Source of the DNA: a virus
Taxonomy: Duplodnaviria; Caudoviricetes
Direction: 5' to 3' (one strand)
IMG/VR virus record: IMGVR_UViG_3300028833_000119
Location: 21,214 to 85,213 of that record
DNA length: 64,000 bases
This document shows positions 23,550 through 34,289 of this stretch, piece by piece; position 1 is the stretch's first letter, and the number at the start of each line of letters is the position of its first letter. The position numbers and the translations under genes were made by a program. The notes under the pieces were generated by a model. The model did not search any database and had not been told where the DNA came from. It saw nothing but the letters and a program-made list of their open reading frames with translations.

Positions 23550-26500
23550 TCATTTCCTCACTTTCCATCCATATATATTCGCGACCTTGTCGCCGATTCT
23601 CTGTGTGTATCTCGTGATGTCTTTTCGAGTTGCTTTCCCGATCGCAACTTTCTGCATAAAGTACGATCTCTGCGCATGACTGATTTCAGGTTTCCATGCC
23701 CTGTATGTATACAGGTTCGTTCCGTCATGGTGGATATCACGGCACATCAGATCTCCGCGATCATCCACGAACCATGTGACGTAATCGCCACATGTTCCGG
23801 TCAGGCAATCTGCAATATTCGTGCTATGCAGAAGTTTGTATGCCTGATGCCGTCCGTCCCACAAACCGAGATCCGCAATGATGATGATTTCCTCGCCGAC
23901 TTCGATATTCAGATTTGCCCGTTCATCTTCCAGACCGTCCAGTTCGTCACCGTAGAGATCATTGCTCCAGATAACATTCATCTGCATACCCATCACTCAT
24001 TCCTCCTCATTCGTTAAAAATACCGTCATGGTCTATTCCACAGACGGTAATATCGTGCTCTTCGATTTCCATATCGGGGTCTTCCGCTCCGTCAAGCTCG
24101 CTGTTATCCGCTACGATCATCTGTTTTGTCAACTTCTCAATCTCCTCATCCGTAGGGTCTGCATCAAGCGGAATCCGCAGGTACACATGGTAGAATTTGC
24201 GAACACAGACATTTACAGGAACAATCTGCCATACATACTCGTCACTCATGCGAAACACTCCTTTCTACTATAAGCACTGGAATTACTTTCCAAATACCAG
24301 TGGCAACGGCGGAACACGTCCGCATATTCTGCCGGCATCTCAAGCAACCTATACCATGTTCCGTCAATCTCAATGATCTGAATACAGGCATCCCAGTATT
24401 CCGCACGTTCTTCCGGCGTAGGATTCTGTATTGCCATCTTTCCCCAGATTTTCCCTTTCGCTCCAAGGGAAAAGTGTTCGTATGTCGCCCATATATTTTT
24501 GTCATCGCTGACGAAAACGATTTCTCTGCCCTTGATCTTGTTTCCGACTTCAAGCTTCATCTCGATCACTCCTTCGCACACAGGTCGTAGATGTCTGTAT
24601 CACAGATAACTTCGTTGCAGTCGTTACATTCCAACGTGTAGCAACCCTGTCCAATTCCGTATTTGACAATGGCAACGTCGTGTCCGCAATGTTCCGACAA
24701 CCTGCGGTACAGCAGGGTCAGATCGAAGTTGGGACTCTTGTCTGTCTTTGCGTTCGTGCTTGTAATCGTGATTTTCGCCATTGTAATTCCTCCTCATCCA
24801 ATGTTGTAGTTATACAGTGTTCCGCCATGCTCCGATATAAGAAACGCTGGTATCGGTCGGCGATCTCTCTGCAAATCCCACGGGATAAATCCGTCACGAT
24901 ATTCCATACCGTCTTGCACGTTGTATTGAATAAAGCGGAAGCCTTCGCCCGGAAAATAGCTCCAGTATTCCATCCAATCCCCATTTAGTTTGTATTCATA
25001 CACTCCAATTTTTTCCGCATGAAACAACGCAAGCCTTTCGTTTTCACTCATGCTCTCCCCACCTTTCTGATTGTTCCGTCCTTCCGCAGTTGAAATCCCT
25101 GCATTTCGCCATAAGCATAAGCGTTGTCGTACATTCCGACATCGTATACAAACCACGTCTGTTCCGGCGTGATTCCGTATTCCGCACGGTTCAGCGCATC
25201 AGCAATCTTCTGCGCTTTCTTCTCCGCAACTCTATGCGCACTCGCTGCGCTGTACAGGAATTCATGTCCTTTGATTGCTCTCGCAACAACTATCATCACT
25301 CATCCCTCCTCTCCGCATCTCTTCATTCCGGGATAGTACGCTTTTGTGCCCCAACGATTTGCTTCCGAATCAAGGCACAAACCATCTTTCATGTACCGCC
25401 TCATCACGGACAGGAATTCCAACACACATTCCTCAAATTGCTCCTCATCCTCTGCAATATCTGCATAATCATCCTCGCTTGCTCCGTCCGGGAAAATGCA
25501 GATCCACGCCATGAATCCTTCTTCATTGTTCATACTCCGCATCAGACGATCCATGGCTTTTAGATCGTCAATTCTGCTCCGCTTCATCTGTTCCGTCATT
25601 ACGCACACTCCCTTTCTTTTTCGTACATGAATGTAATCTTCCGGCAGGATACGCAGATATACTGGAATCCCTCGTAATCTTCCGCAATGGATTCCAACTG
25701 TTCCTTCAGCGTCATCCGGTAGTCACGCTCGATGTGTCCGATCTTCATATATTCACATCCTCTCCGTAATTCTTCCGCACATATTCCCGGGCAGATTCCT
25801 TGCTCGTCAGACTCGCTTCCACCCAATCGCCATTCACCCATACGCTCCAGTATCCGCTCGGCAGTTTCCGAATCTCGATATTCACGTTTATTCTCCTCTC
25901 TGATAGGCGTTCCTCACTTCTTCTTCCGTCATGGTCGGCGGATACGTGCATCTTCCACGTTCTCCGTCTACCACCCATTCTGCACCGCCCCAGTTGGCAG
26001 TGCGGGTTTCTTTGCGGATGTCCCAGATTGTGTAATTCATCAATCATCCCTCCAATTCACATATGCTCTGCGGTTCCTGTCCTCGTATTTTTCCGACATC
26101 TTCGCACTCACAAGCAATCCAAACAGAATTCCTGCACACTCCGCAACCTGCTCGTCTGTGCAATCCGTCCGGAGTAGGGGATTCAGCATCCATCGCCGGG
26201 ACAACCCTTCGTAGTACACGTTCCGGTTATACTGATTTCCGACAAGTTGCATTTTTCCGTACAGGTGATCGAAGAACATATTGTCGTTCACGCTGAAGTC
26301 GTACACAATTCCGTCAAGCAGGAATTTGATGTATCCTCTGCCCCAGATCGGCTTCGGCTCATCATTCTCAATGCAGTAATAACTCGCCATAACCTTGATA
26401 GACGGCTTCACTTCTCCGCCTTTGCTTTCCACAATTTCCGCAAGCTTTCCAAGCATTCTCGCCGTGTTGTACTCCCACGCTGTCAGATATACACGTTCGC

Positions 26501-28293
26501 CTTCTTTGAAGATAAACATTATTTCCGCACTCCTTCCTTAATCACACATCATGTTGTAAACATCCCAACTCTCGAACCGGATACGATCTCCATCCCACAT
26601 AGACGTATAGCCTTCAACTTCCGGCACGTTGTCCAGAACTGCATGATGAACGCATCCGCCACGGTTCCGTGTTTCGCTCTCGTCCGGGCTATGCCGACCA
26701 TTACACATGGTAGTTTCCACATAGTATTCCGACACGACCGCGCCGTTATATTTCCCGCCCACGAATTCGCACAGGGTCAGACGCTGCTTCTTCTCGTGCG
26801 AAATCTTGTCGATCGCTTCCAGTTCCTTCCGCGCCTTGTCCTGCAACGCTCTGCGAATCTCCCAATTTTCCATGAATCACACCTCCTCAAGCATCCACGC
26901 AAGATTCTCGATCTCCGCATTAAGTTCAGCTTTCTTTACCGGGTCGCTCGTCTTGACGAATTTCCGGCACAGTTTTTCGATTTCTTCCACGATCATTTCA
27001 GCACTCATGGTTCAATCCTCCTCATTCATTTTCTCGATGTCATACCATCTTGCCATATCATCTTCCGTCATGCGCTCCATATGCATCCGGATAATTTTCG
27101 CTTTTAATTTCCGGATTTCCGCTTCAGCTTCACTGATAATTTCCGCATTTCCGTTGACGCAATCCGACATTGCATCACGTTCGTCCGTAATCTTGATGAT
27201 CTGCTTGCACAATTTGTCGTTTTCGTCTATTGCTTCTTTCAGATTCTTCTGCGCATCAGCAAGCTGATGCTTCGTTTCGTCATGCATACGGCGCTCCGCA
27301 CTGAAGCGCTCACGTTCCAGTTCCAAATCATTTACCGGCGAATCTCCGAAATCGTCCGTAATGTTTCTCCGGCATACATCGCAGATTCCGGCAAAGGTCA
27401 TGGCAATATAGCTGTCCTTCCCGGCACTCTTAATAAGCGCGTCGATCTTCTCCAACAGCTTCAGTTCTTCCGCTTTAGTCATAACAAGTCACTCCTCTCA
27501 TAGGTTTCACGAATGATCACGTCATCCGCAATTTCCTCAGTTCCGCAATCGAACATCACAAGGTTGCACTCATCACCAACCTGCCAATCTTCCGCGCCAG
27601 AAAATTCCCACAGGTTGCCGTTACAATCTTCACAGACCACAACATCTGTATTGCGGTCAATCTCCACAATTTTTGTCAGATTCGCGTATATATTTCCGGA
27701 CAGCATCATTGCCAGAATTCCGCAGATAATTTTCCGCATATGATCACCACCTTATGCATATTTCAGCCATTCATTCAGCGCAATCAATTCCGCATCCGGC
27801 TTGACTTCCGTAATAATCCGAAGATATGTTTTGCTGCGGAGTTTGTCCTGCTTTGCACGTTCACGCCGATTCCGTACACGGTTCTTCCGATCTCCGAAGA
27901 AATCGTCCCACATTTTGTCGTACAAGGATTCCGCTTCCGTCAGCATGGCATGTTTTCCGACATAGATTTCCATAGTTAGTTACCTCGCTTTCGCATATTT
28001 TTCCGCCATTTGGCGAATTATGCCGGGGAACTCGCCCCGGCAACACTCGACAAATCACAGATATTCACGGATAATATCGTTTCCGCATACAATCACGATG
28101 ATTCCGAACGCAATCCAGTACAGCATCAGTTCCGCTCCTTTCCGATTAGCTCCGCAGTATACTTCCCGGCAGGAAGCGCACCAATTCGGATATATTCGCC
28201 GATACACTTTTCCGCCATGTCCTTGCGCTTGCACTGAAGCACCTTCACGCAGTCACCATTTTCCGCATAGATTCCGTACAGTTTGATAGCCAT
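23550..28293 (-). CDS. Run of small early hypothetical ORFs (23550-23996, 24007-24249, 24246-24560, 24566-24781, 24794-25051, 25048-25299, 25300-25599, 25599-25748, 25745-25885, 25888-26040, 26040-26519, 26538-26873, 27012-27482, 27479-27739, 27752-27973, 28126-28293)
   Basis: Co-oriented abutting ORFs with RBSs. Confidence 0.72.
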
Positions 28294-28409
28294 AGTCTTG
28301 ACCTTCCTTTCGTGTTTGTTGTATAGTGTAAGGTGGTAGGGAAGTAGAATTTCCAGCATGAAACAACGTTGCTACGCAGTCGGCATTTCATGGTACTTTT
28401 CTGCATTCA

Positions 28410-28446
28410 AAAAGCACCATCGCATTTTCCGCAATGGTGCTTTGGG
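28410..28446 (-). terminator. Intrinsic terminator after the RHH genes
   Basis: AAAGCACCAT...ATGGTGCTTT inverted repeat followed by a T run on the minus strand. Confidence 0.7.
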
Positions 28447-28458
28447 TCATGGTTTATA

Positions 28459-28710
28459 TCACAGTCTTTGCATTGCTATTTTCCGCAATGAATTCCGCAA
28501 CTGTTCTGTATCACTCAACTCCTTTTCTTTCTTCTGATGTTCCTTAACTCCGCCTTGTAAATATCCCTCCCTTATCAATTTTTCCGCAATGGCTTGTATG
28601 ATAAACGAGTTGCTTGAAATTCCACGTTCAAGTCGTAATATGTCAAGTTTTTCGATAATTTCCGCATCCTTCACATCGACTCGAACCTCTATGTAATCTT
28701 TACCACTCAC
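28459..28710 (-). CDS. Ribbon-helix-helix-like DNA-binding protein
   Basis: 'IEVRVDV..IIEKLDILRLERGISSNSFIIQAIAEKL' (beta strand + two helices); GTG start. Confidence 0.6.
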   Translation of the reverse strand: MSGKDYIEVRVDVKDAEIIEKLDILRLERGISSNSFIIQAIAEKLIREGYLQGGVKEHQKKEKELSDTEQLRNSLRKIAMQRL

Positions 28711-28891
28711 CCCTTTCAACCTCCTCAATTTCTGCAATAGTCATACTATGCACGTTCATACGTTCAAGTTTTTCTGCAATTGCCTTATTCACAAAGGCAT
28801 TAACAGACTCGTTATGCTCTTTGCAATATCGCTTTAATTCATCCGGAATTCCGCAATCATCCCAGATTTTAACCCTAAAACTCTTTGGCAA
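28700..28891 (-). CDS. Ribbon-helix-helix-like DNA-binding protein (Arc/CopG-like)
   Basis: 'SFRVKI..PDELKRYCKEHNESVNAFVNKAIAEKL'; TTG start with GGAGG RBS. Confidence 0.65.
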   Translation of the reverse strand: MPKSFRVKIWDDCGIPDELKRYCKEHNESVNAFVNKAIAEKLERMNVHSMTIAEIEEVERGEW

Positions 28892-29070
28892 ATTTCACAC
28901 CTCCTTATGCCAAAGCATAACAAATTCTGCAAAATTCCGCAATGGATTTTCCGCTCCACGCAGGGGAATTCCGCATTAGTGTAGAATTCCCCTATGGGGA
29001 ACGGGCGTGGAATTCTCCACGCTCCAAATTCCGCTATTCAATTTTCCAAGATAGGCTCCAGATTCTGTTA

Positions 29071-29601
29071 TCAAGCAGCCATTTCCTTCATGGCGATGGC
29101 GACCTTCAGCTCGTCCACCTGATCGTCCGTCAGTCCCTTAATCCACTGGTCAACGCTCACGTTCTTGACCTTCTTAACCTCGGACTTCTTCCCCTTCGGG
29201 GAAGCCTTCTTCGCCTTCGGAGCGGTCGGAGCCTTCGGCTCTTTGTAGTAAACCGGACGGCTCGCCTTTTCTTCCCAACCGCCGTTGAACCAGCTCCGCA
29301 GGGTGGCGATGCTCTTGATCTTGTTGACCTTCATATGGTCAACGGTGGAGTAGGTGTCCATGCTGACGATCAGGTTCAGGAACAGACCCCAGCGATCTTC
29401 GGGAGTCTTGGCGCCACAGCACTTCTCCATGAGGGTCTTGACGGTCGGATGGTTCACAAACTGCGGAGCGAGAATCTCACCCTTGACAAGTTTGATCAGA
29501 CCGTTGTACACCCTGAAGGTGTCGTTGTCCCACATAGCCTTGGTGAATCCGGCGGGACGGGTTGCTTTCTTCGTGGCGTTCGTGTTGGTGTTGGTATTCA
29601 T
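29071..29601 (-). CDS. First early gene; hypothetical protein with Lys/Pro/Ala-rich linker
   Basis: RBS AGAAAGGGG; 'KEPKAPTAPKAKKASPKGKK'. Confidence 0.8.
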   Translation of the reverse strand: MNTNTNTNATKKATRPAGFTKAMWDNDTFRVYNGLIKLVKGEILAPQFVNHPTVKTLMEKCCGAKTPEDRWGLFLNLIVSMDTYSTVDHMKVNKIKSIATLRSWFNGGWEEKASRPVYYKEPKAPTAPKAKKASPKGKKSEVKKVKNVSVDQWIKGLTDDQVDELKVAIAMKEMAA

Positions 29602-30467
29602 GGTATACCCCTTTCTCTGGCATAGTGCCAGCTCTGATTATTATGGGCAATATCGCCCTATCGAACGTCCCCGGCGGGGGCGCTCAAGAGGACGGACGGT
29701 CGCTGTGCAAGGCGACAACGAGCAAACGCAGGTTGTCAGCACGTTGACCGTCAGTTGATCTCTGTGGTTCATGCAAGGGTAGTCACCGTCACGTCCTTCG
29801 GACGGCGGACGGCTTGCCTTCTTCGATGCAGCGATTTGGGCAGACTATCCCCCTCATGGTTCACGGTCGTGGTGGCTTGTCCGGACGGACTCCATGCTTT
29901 TACCTCCTTCTCGTCCTCCATCCCGGTGTCATCCCCACCTTCAGCCTGTACCGCCCTGCATGGCAGTAACTCTCAGATCCCGATCTCACCATGCCCTGTC
30001 ACGGGGAAAGAAGGGCGCAGCAAACACACCTTCCCTCCGGAGCATGGTTACTCCTCGGTGCTGATTCTCGGTCGGTCTATAGTACTCCCATACTCACATC
30101 CAGTTGCAAGCTGAAGGGCGACCGCCCTACACCGAAACCCTGTGCCATTCGTACACTGTCCTACTCTACTTTCGGACTGCCTACTCTACTTTCGGCATGG
30201 TACTACTCCGGTACATTCCTCCGATGCAGTCATCCTGCTTTCTGGGGCTACTCAACCTCATCCCGAAGGCTATGGTACTGCTGTGCTGTGAGCAAACAAC
30301 GAACACACAGTCAGTTGTCAAGGTACAGTCGTTGAGTAAACGGTGACGCTAGGTGGTAGGGAGTATCTGCAACCCTACTCTTGATCCAACCTAGCAGATC
30401 TTGACGGTCTTACACTGAGAGTGGCTTAGAATCACGGTTTCTCTCAGAACCCTTGTGCTCTCGATCC
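29602..30467 (-). ncRNA. Candidate large structured RNA or 5' leader (~860 nt)
   Basis: Lies between a promoter and the first early gene; no convincing minus-strand ORF; many short GC-rich hairpins. Confidence 0.45.
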
Positions 30468-30473
30468 GCCGTC

Positions 30474-30503
30474 ACTATGCAATGTTCGTATCCGGTTTGT
30501 CAA
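30474..30503 (-). promoter_or_regulatory. sigmaA-type early promoter
   Basis: TTGACA-N18-CATAGT on the minus strand. Confidence 0.6.
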
Positions 30504-30776
30504 TAGGGAATTTTACAGTTAGGTAAAACTAACTTGATATAAAAAGGCTAAAACATATTGAAAAATCTACAGAAAAAAACTTAAAATTTTTTTGAAATTT
30601 TTTGAAAGTTAGCCGGTTTTTGGCTTGTGAACAAAAACAGACCAAAGTCTAAAAAAAGGCGAACGTTCGGGTCTAGAGGCGAACATTCGATCAAAAAACA
30701 GGCTAAAAAACAGGTGAATGTTCGTGTTTTTTGTACGTACAACTTGATTCGGTACCTAACAATCGAAAAATTAGCC

Positions 30777-30925
30777 TGTGGAAAAGTTATCCACAGGGAA
30801 GAATGACGTAAAATAAGGCGTTTCGTTCATATTGAAACAGTAGTTATCCACAGGAAAAAGGGATCAAAAAAAGTTATCCACACATTTTCCACAGGTGGTT
30901 GTGGATAATATAAAAGTTATCCACA
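30777..30925. promoter_or_regulatory. DnaA-box cluster (putative origin or DnaA sink)
   Basis: TTATCCACA at 30787, 30844, 30874, 30917; reverse copy at 30900; one-mismatch boxes at 30777 and 30885. Confidence 0.85.
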
Positions 30926-31533
30926 ACACCACAAGATATAGTGGTTCTTTAGCTAACTAAAGCAAAGAAGCAAAAACCCGGAACACAAGGAAATACAAGC
31001 TTTGCAGGGTTTTGACGATACAGAATACACAACTAAATATTGTATTTTATTGTATTTTACGTTTGAACCATACGAAAACACACCCAAACCCCCATGCCTA
31101 TCTTTTCTACAACTCGATTTTAAAACGAGATCACAGCACAGTAGCCGGGATCCTCCGCGAGAAACCATAAACATTTTCGGCAAAAATAAAAACAAACCAA
31201 TGAAAACCTTGCGAGATATGAGTGCTTATCATAAAAGTTTGATACTATTTTGATACCTTCTTGCGGGGCGAGGAAAATAAATTTCCACTACAGGTAGACA
31301 AACAACCTCGAAATGTTCCCATATATAGTGAGGGGCAGTTCAGCCAGCAACTCGCCCGGTTCGCCAGCGAGGTCCGGCTAACGACACTGACGATGTCCGG
31401 CCATCTTGGATTTCTCCCTGTGTGGCGAGATGTCCGGTTCGGCTGCGGGGCTATCTAATGATATCTAAACATATATATACATATACCTATTTATTTATCA
31501 TTAATACATCGTATCTAAAAGTGAGGTTTTTCA

Positions 31534-32889
31534 ATGGATGAATACGTTGTAATTCAACAAATTATGAACCTTTACTGTTTCGATATGACGAGGTATCGGT
31601 ACATGACTCCTGATGGCGAGTACCACACCGTAAAACTTCCGTATGACGAGACGCTGATCTATGAGCACCTCGAGGGGAAAAAGACAGTGTGCGTGTATGC
31701 GCGTGAACGGAACACTATCTTCCACACGTTCGATGTAGACGAGTCGGATCCTATTAAGGTTCATCTAGTCATAGACAAGCTTGTTGGGATTGGAATACCT
31801 CGCGACAAGGTCTACGTTTCGACTTCCGGAAACAAGGGATATCACATCGACCTGTTTTTTGATGCGCCGGTGTGGAAGTCTGACGTAGAGGGAGTGTTCA
31901 ACTATGTTGTGCGTGATCCTGTGATTGCGGCTATCAGGATGGAGTGCAAACCCGGACGGAAAGGCGCGATCAAAATCCCGCTTGGAATCAATTTCAAAAC
32001 AGGGCGCCGCTGCTGGTATGTAGACCGGGAGACACTGGAACCGATCGAGCGGAATGATTATGTATTTGAAATTCAGAAGATGAGCGCGGCGGACTTTGCG
32101 CAGATTGCGTATATCTGCAATAAAGAAAAGAAAAAGGAAGATATTCTGCTTGCGAAAGCAAATCAAAGGAAGCCGCAAAAGCCCAGGAAGTTTGTTGCGC
32201 GAAACGAGCCGACGATCACCGCGCCCGGGCAGCGGCACGACAAGATGCTTCAGAAAGCGGTGTGGCTGCGAGCGGTCGGCGGGGATGCTGATGATATTTA
32301 TGAAGAGTTGATCAAATGGATTAATCGTCAGGACACATCGCTGATAGGAAGTTCGTGGAAAGAAATTGATGATGATGCGAGCCGGATTGCGCGTGACGTG
32401 GCAAGACGGTACGAGGTGAAGGTAAAGCAAAAGAATAATATTGTTCGTCGTACTGATGAGATTGGCAGAAATGATATGGAGGTTATTCTCGCGGCGCCGA
32501 CAAAGACAGCTCGTAAGGCTGCTTTTTTAATTTGTGCATATTGCAGGGCGTTTGGTGTATGCAGTATGGGATATGATCGGATGGCGCAAATTCTTGGCGT
32601 TACATACCAGACTGCGTTCAATGCAGTAAAAGCGTTGATTGAATGCGGTGCAATTGAAAAGAAGAAAGTTGGCGGTGTTGCTTATTCTGATGGCAAGCCT
32701 GTATTGGTTGCGAATGAATATGCTTGGATAACAAAACAAAGCGATGGTGGCATAAGGTTTACGATCAGTGAAGTAAGCTCTGATTTTCCGAGGGTTTATT
32801 ATCGTGCGCTGTGCGATATATTTGATCAAGATATACTTGAGAAACGATTGACGAGATCTGAACTGGAGGAACTAAAAAAATGGAAATGA
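31534..32889 (+). CDS. AEP-type primase-polymerase / replication initiator with C-terminal HTH
   Basis: 'FDVDE' (DxD), 'STSGNKGYH' (motif II), 'IKIPLG', helical PriCT-like region, HTH 'GYDRMAQILGVTYQTAFNAVKAL'. Confidence 0.75.
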   Translation: MDEYVVIQQIMNLYCFDMTRYRYMTPDGEYHTVKLPYDETLIYEHLEGKKTVCVYARERNTIFHTFDVDESDPIKVHLVIDKLVGIGIPRDKVYVSTSGNKGYHIDLFFDAPVWKSDVEGVFNYVVRDPVIAAIRMECKPGRKGAIKIPLGINFKTGRRCWYVDRETLEPIERNDYVFEIQKMSAADFAQIAYICNKEKKKEDILLAKANQRKPQKPRKFVARNEPTITAPGQRHDKMLQKAVWLRAVGGDADDIYEELIKWINRQDTSLIGSSWKEIDDDASRIARDVARRYEVKVKQKNNIVRRTDEIGRNDMEVILAAPTKTARKAAFLICAYCRAFGVCSMGYDRMAQILGVTYQTAFNAVKALIECGAIEKKKVGGVAYSDGKPVLVANEYAWITKQSDGGIRFTISEVSSDFPRVYYRALCDIFDQDILEKRLTRSELEELKKWK

Positions 32890-34289
32890 ATTATATCGTT
32901 TATAACGGTAATCTATTGTGCGAGCGGGATTGTATAGAAGATGCGATAGGTTTAATGCGTTGTGCTATCAGAAGACTTATGGATTGTGGGGAAGAATTGC
33001 CGTCAAAGGAAGAACTTGAAACGGTTTTAAATTCTGCAATATTATATGAAACAAAGGTTAAAGAAGACAATTATGGCATGAATTATGAGGATACAACAGA
33101 CAGGCAGTTTGCATATAAAGCGACAAAAGAATATCTGGATGGCATGATGTGTATTTGGGATGGCGCCGGAGGGGGTTTATATCGTCATAATGGTGAATGT
33201 ACTGACATAAGAAATAAGATGATAGACATGTATGGTACTTTGCATAAATTATGTTGCGAAGAGGAGTTCTGAGGAGTGCATGAAGGATGCTGACGAAATG
33301 CGGGATTACGATACCTGACGAAAACGACAAGTATCATGGATATTCTGAAGCTATTGTTATGTTATACAAAGTATGCAGGCAGATTTGTGTTGTGCTTGAC
33401 AGGCAGCAGGACGAGATTGACCGGATGAAGAGGTGTTTGAATGGCGCAGAGGATAAGGGTGCTGATGCCAGAGGGGTTCAGGGAGTTTTACATATATGAT
33501 GACAACCGGGTGCTGGCGGCTGATTATATCGGCGGAATATTGGCGGCAGGTGAGGAAGTGATATACCGCAGTCTGGTTTGCGAGATCATGAACGATTTTG
33601 TGGACTGTGACGGCGATACATATCTGGCGTTGCTCATGAAGGGTGGTCTTGGCAACGTAATAGACTTTAATGTTTTATAAGGAGAAAAGTATGGAGAAAA
33701 AGAAATTTGTGGTGGTAACAGACAAGGGCGTTATGGGTTCAAAGGGAATGAGCGGACGTGACGTCATGGCAGAGCTGCTGTATGCGTTCCTGCATGTATG
33801 GTGTGAAGAGGTTTGCCCTGTCGAAATCGGTAAGGCCGGGAAAGCGGTTGTTGATTTGCTGGACTCGATGTGTGACGAAGACGAGGAAGAAGATAATGAT
33901 GAAGACGATCTGCTTGCTGATATCATGAAGATGCTGCTGGAGGATGATGACGAATGAATGCGAAGGAATTGAAAGAGAAGATCAGTGAACAGCAGTTCAA
34001 GCTGAAGAAAGCGACGACGAGCGGGATGATGGTTGCGCAGGAGACAGACCGTTTGCGGAATATCCTGGTAAACAGCCTGGACGACATTCTTGAGGCGCTT
34101 GATATGGCGATTTCTGCGGAGGACAGGATTGAATGCCTGACTGTGGAGATCGAATCTGCGGACGCGGAGCTGCAGGAGAAGGACGACGAGATCAAGGCGC
34201 TGAAGGAAGAACTGGAAAAACCGAACGGTAAGAAGGTTGCCGGGAAACGTGCGAAACTCCCGGTAGTTGACGAATCCAGTGTCGAATAA
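32880..34289 (+). CDS. Five hypothetical ORFs (32880-33272, 33287-33499, 33441-33680, 33691-33957, 33954-34289)
   Basis: Abutting ORFs with RBSs. Confidence 0.7.

Noticed and set aside
147-29758. Numerous plus-strand ORFs in the left arm (and minus-strand ORFs in the right arm) from the six-frame track
   Set aside because: Antisense shadows of real genes, without RBSs or recognisable motifs
29755-30346. Plus-strand ORFs across the structured leader
   Set aside because: No RBS, atypical composition, opposite to the identified promoter
30660-30724. Gram-positive LexA (Cheo) boxes
   Set aside because: They lack the 4-bp spacer of GAAC-N4-GTTC; kept only as generic operators
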